Assembly: GCF_006345805.1 (NCBI RefSeq)
Contig: NW_021824607.1
Span: 1-18,251 of the forward strand
Length of the DNA stretch: 18,251 nucleotides
Source: Octopus sinensis
Taxonomy: Eukaryota
Direction: 5' to 3'
The notes under the pieces were generated by a model. That model did not search any database, was not told the DNA's origin, and was given only the letters and a program-made list of their open reading frames with translations. Each line of letters opens with the position of its first letter. Within the stretch, counting starts at the first letter, position 1. Positions 18,071 to 18,251 of this stretch are shown piece by piece. The translations under genes were made by a program, and so were the position numbers.

Positions 18071-18251
18071 GGAGGCGCAATGGCCCAGTGGTTAGGGCAG
18101 CGGACTTGCGGTCGTAGGATCGCTGTTTCGATTCCCAGACCGGGCGTCGTGAGTGTTTATTGAGCGAAAACACCTAAAAGCTCCACGAGCCTCCGGCAGG
18201 GGATGGTGGTGATCCCTGCTGTACTCTTCACCACAACTTTCTCTCCTTTCT
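18071..18251 (+). mobile_element. SINE family B 5' half, running off the window
   Basis: GGAGGCGCAATGGCCCAGTGGTTAGGGCAGCGGAC...TTTCGATTCCCAGACCGGGCG is the reverse complement of 7105-7285. Confidence 0.92.

Noticed and set aside
18071-18150. tRNA gene (also the other A/B-box heads)
   Set aside because: The A and B boxes continue into multi-copy SINE bodies, and no clean cloverleaf is evident.

Overview
Repeat-saturated, AT-rich eukaryotic DNA with no supportable host protein-coding gene. It is most likely an intronic or intergenic stretch of an Octopus (coleoid cephalopod) genome, inferred from microsatellite density and from recalled resemblance of the three tRNA-headed SINE families to octopus SINEs (not database-checked). 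Almost all ORF-track entries are translations of (TA)n, (CA)n, (AAT)n or (GAT)n tracts. The informative content is a layered set of mobile elements, labelled here as SINE families A, B and C plus the following: (1) a 5'-truncated R4/Dong-type RLE retrotransposon inside an (AAT)n tract; (2) a complete minimal type I hammerhead ribozyme core in a probable Penelope-like fragment; (3) a 1.6-kb element with a 15-bp TSD, an L1/Tx1-like ORF1 CCHC knuckle and no RT, which splits a SINE and carries five repeated hairpins in its 3' UTR; (4) an RTE LINE insertion with an inverted 5' part (twin-priming geometry); (5) two nested TIR elements with 8-bp TSDs; (6) an ungapped 100-nt fold-back.
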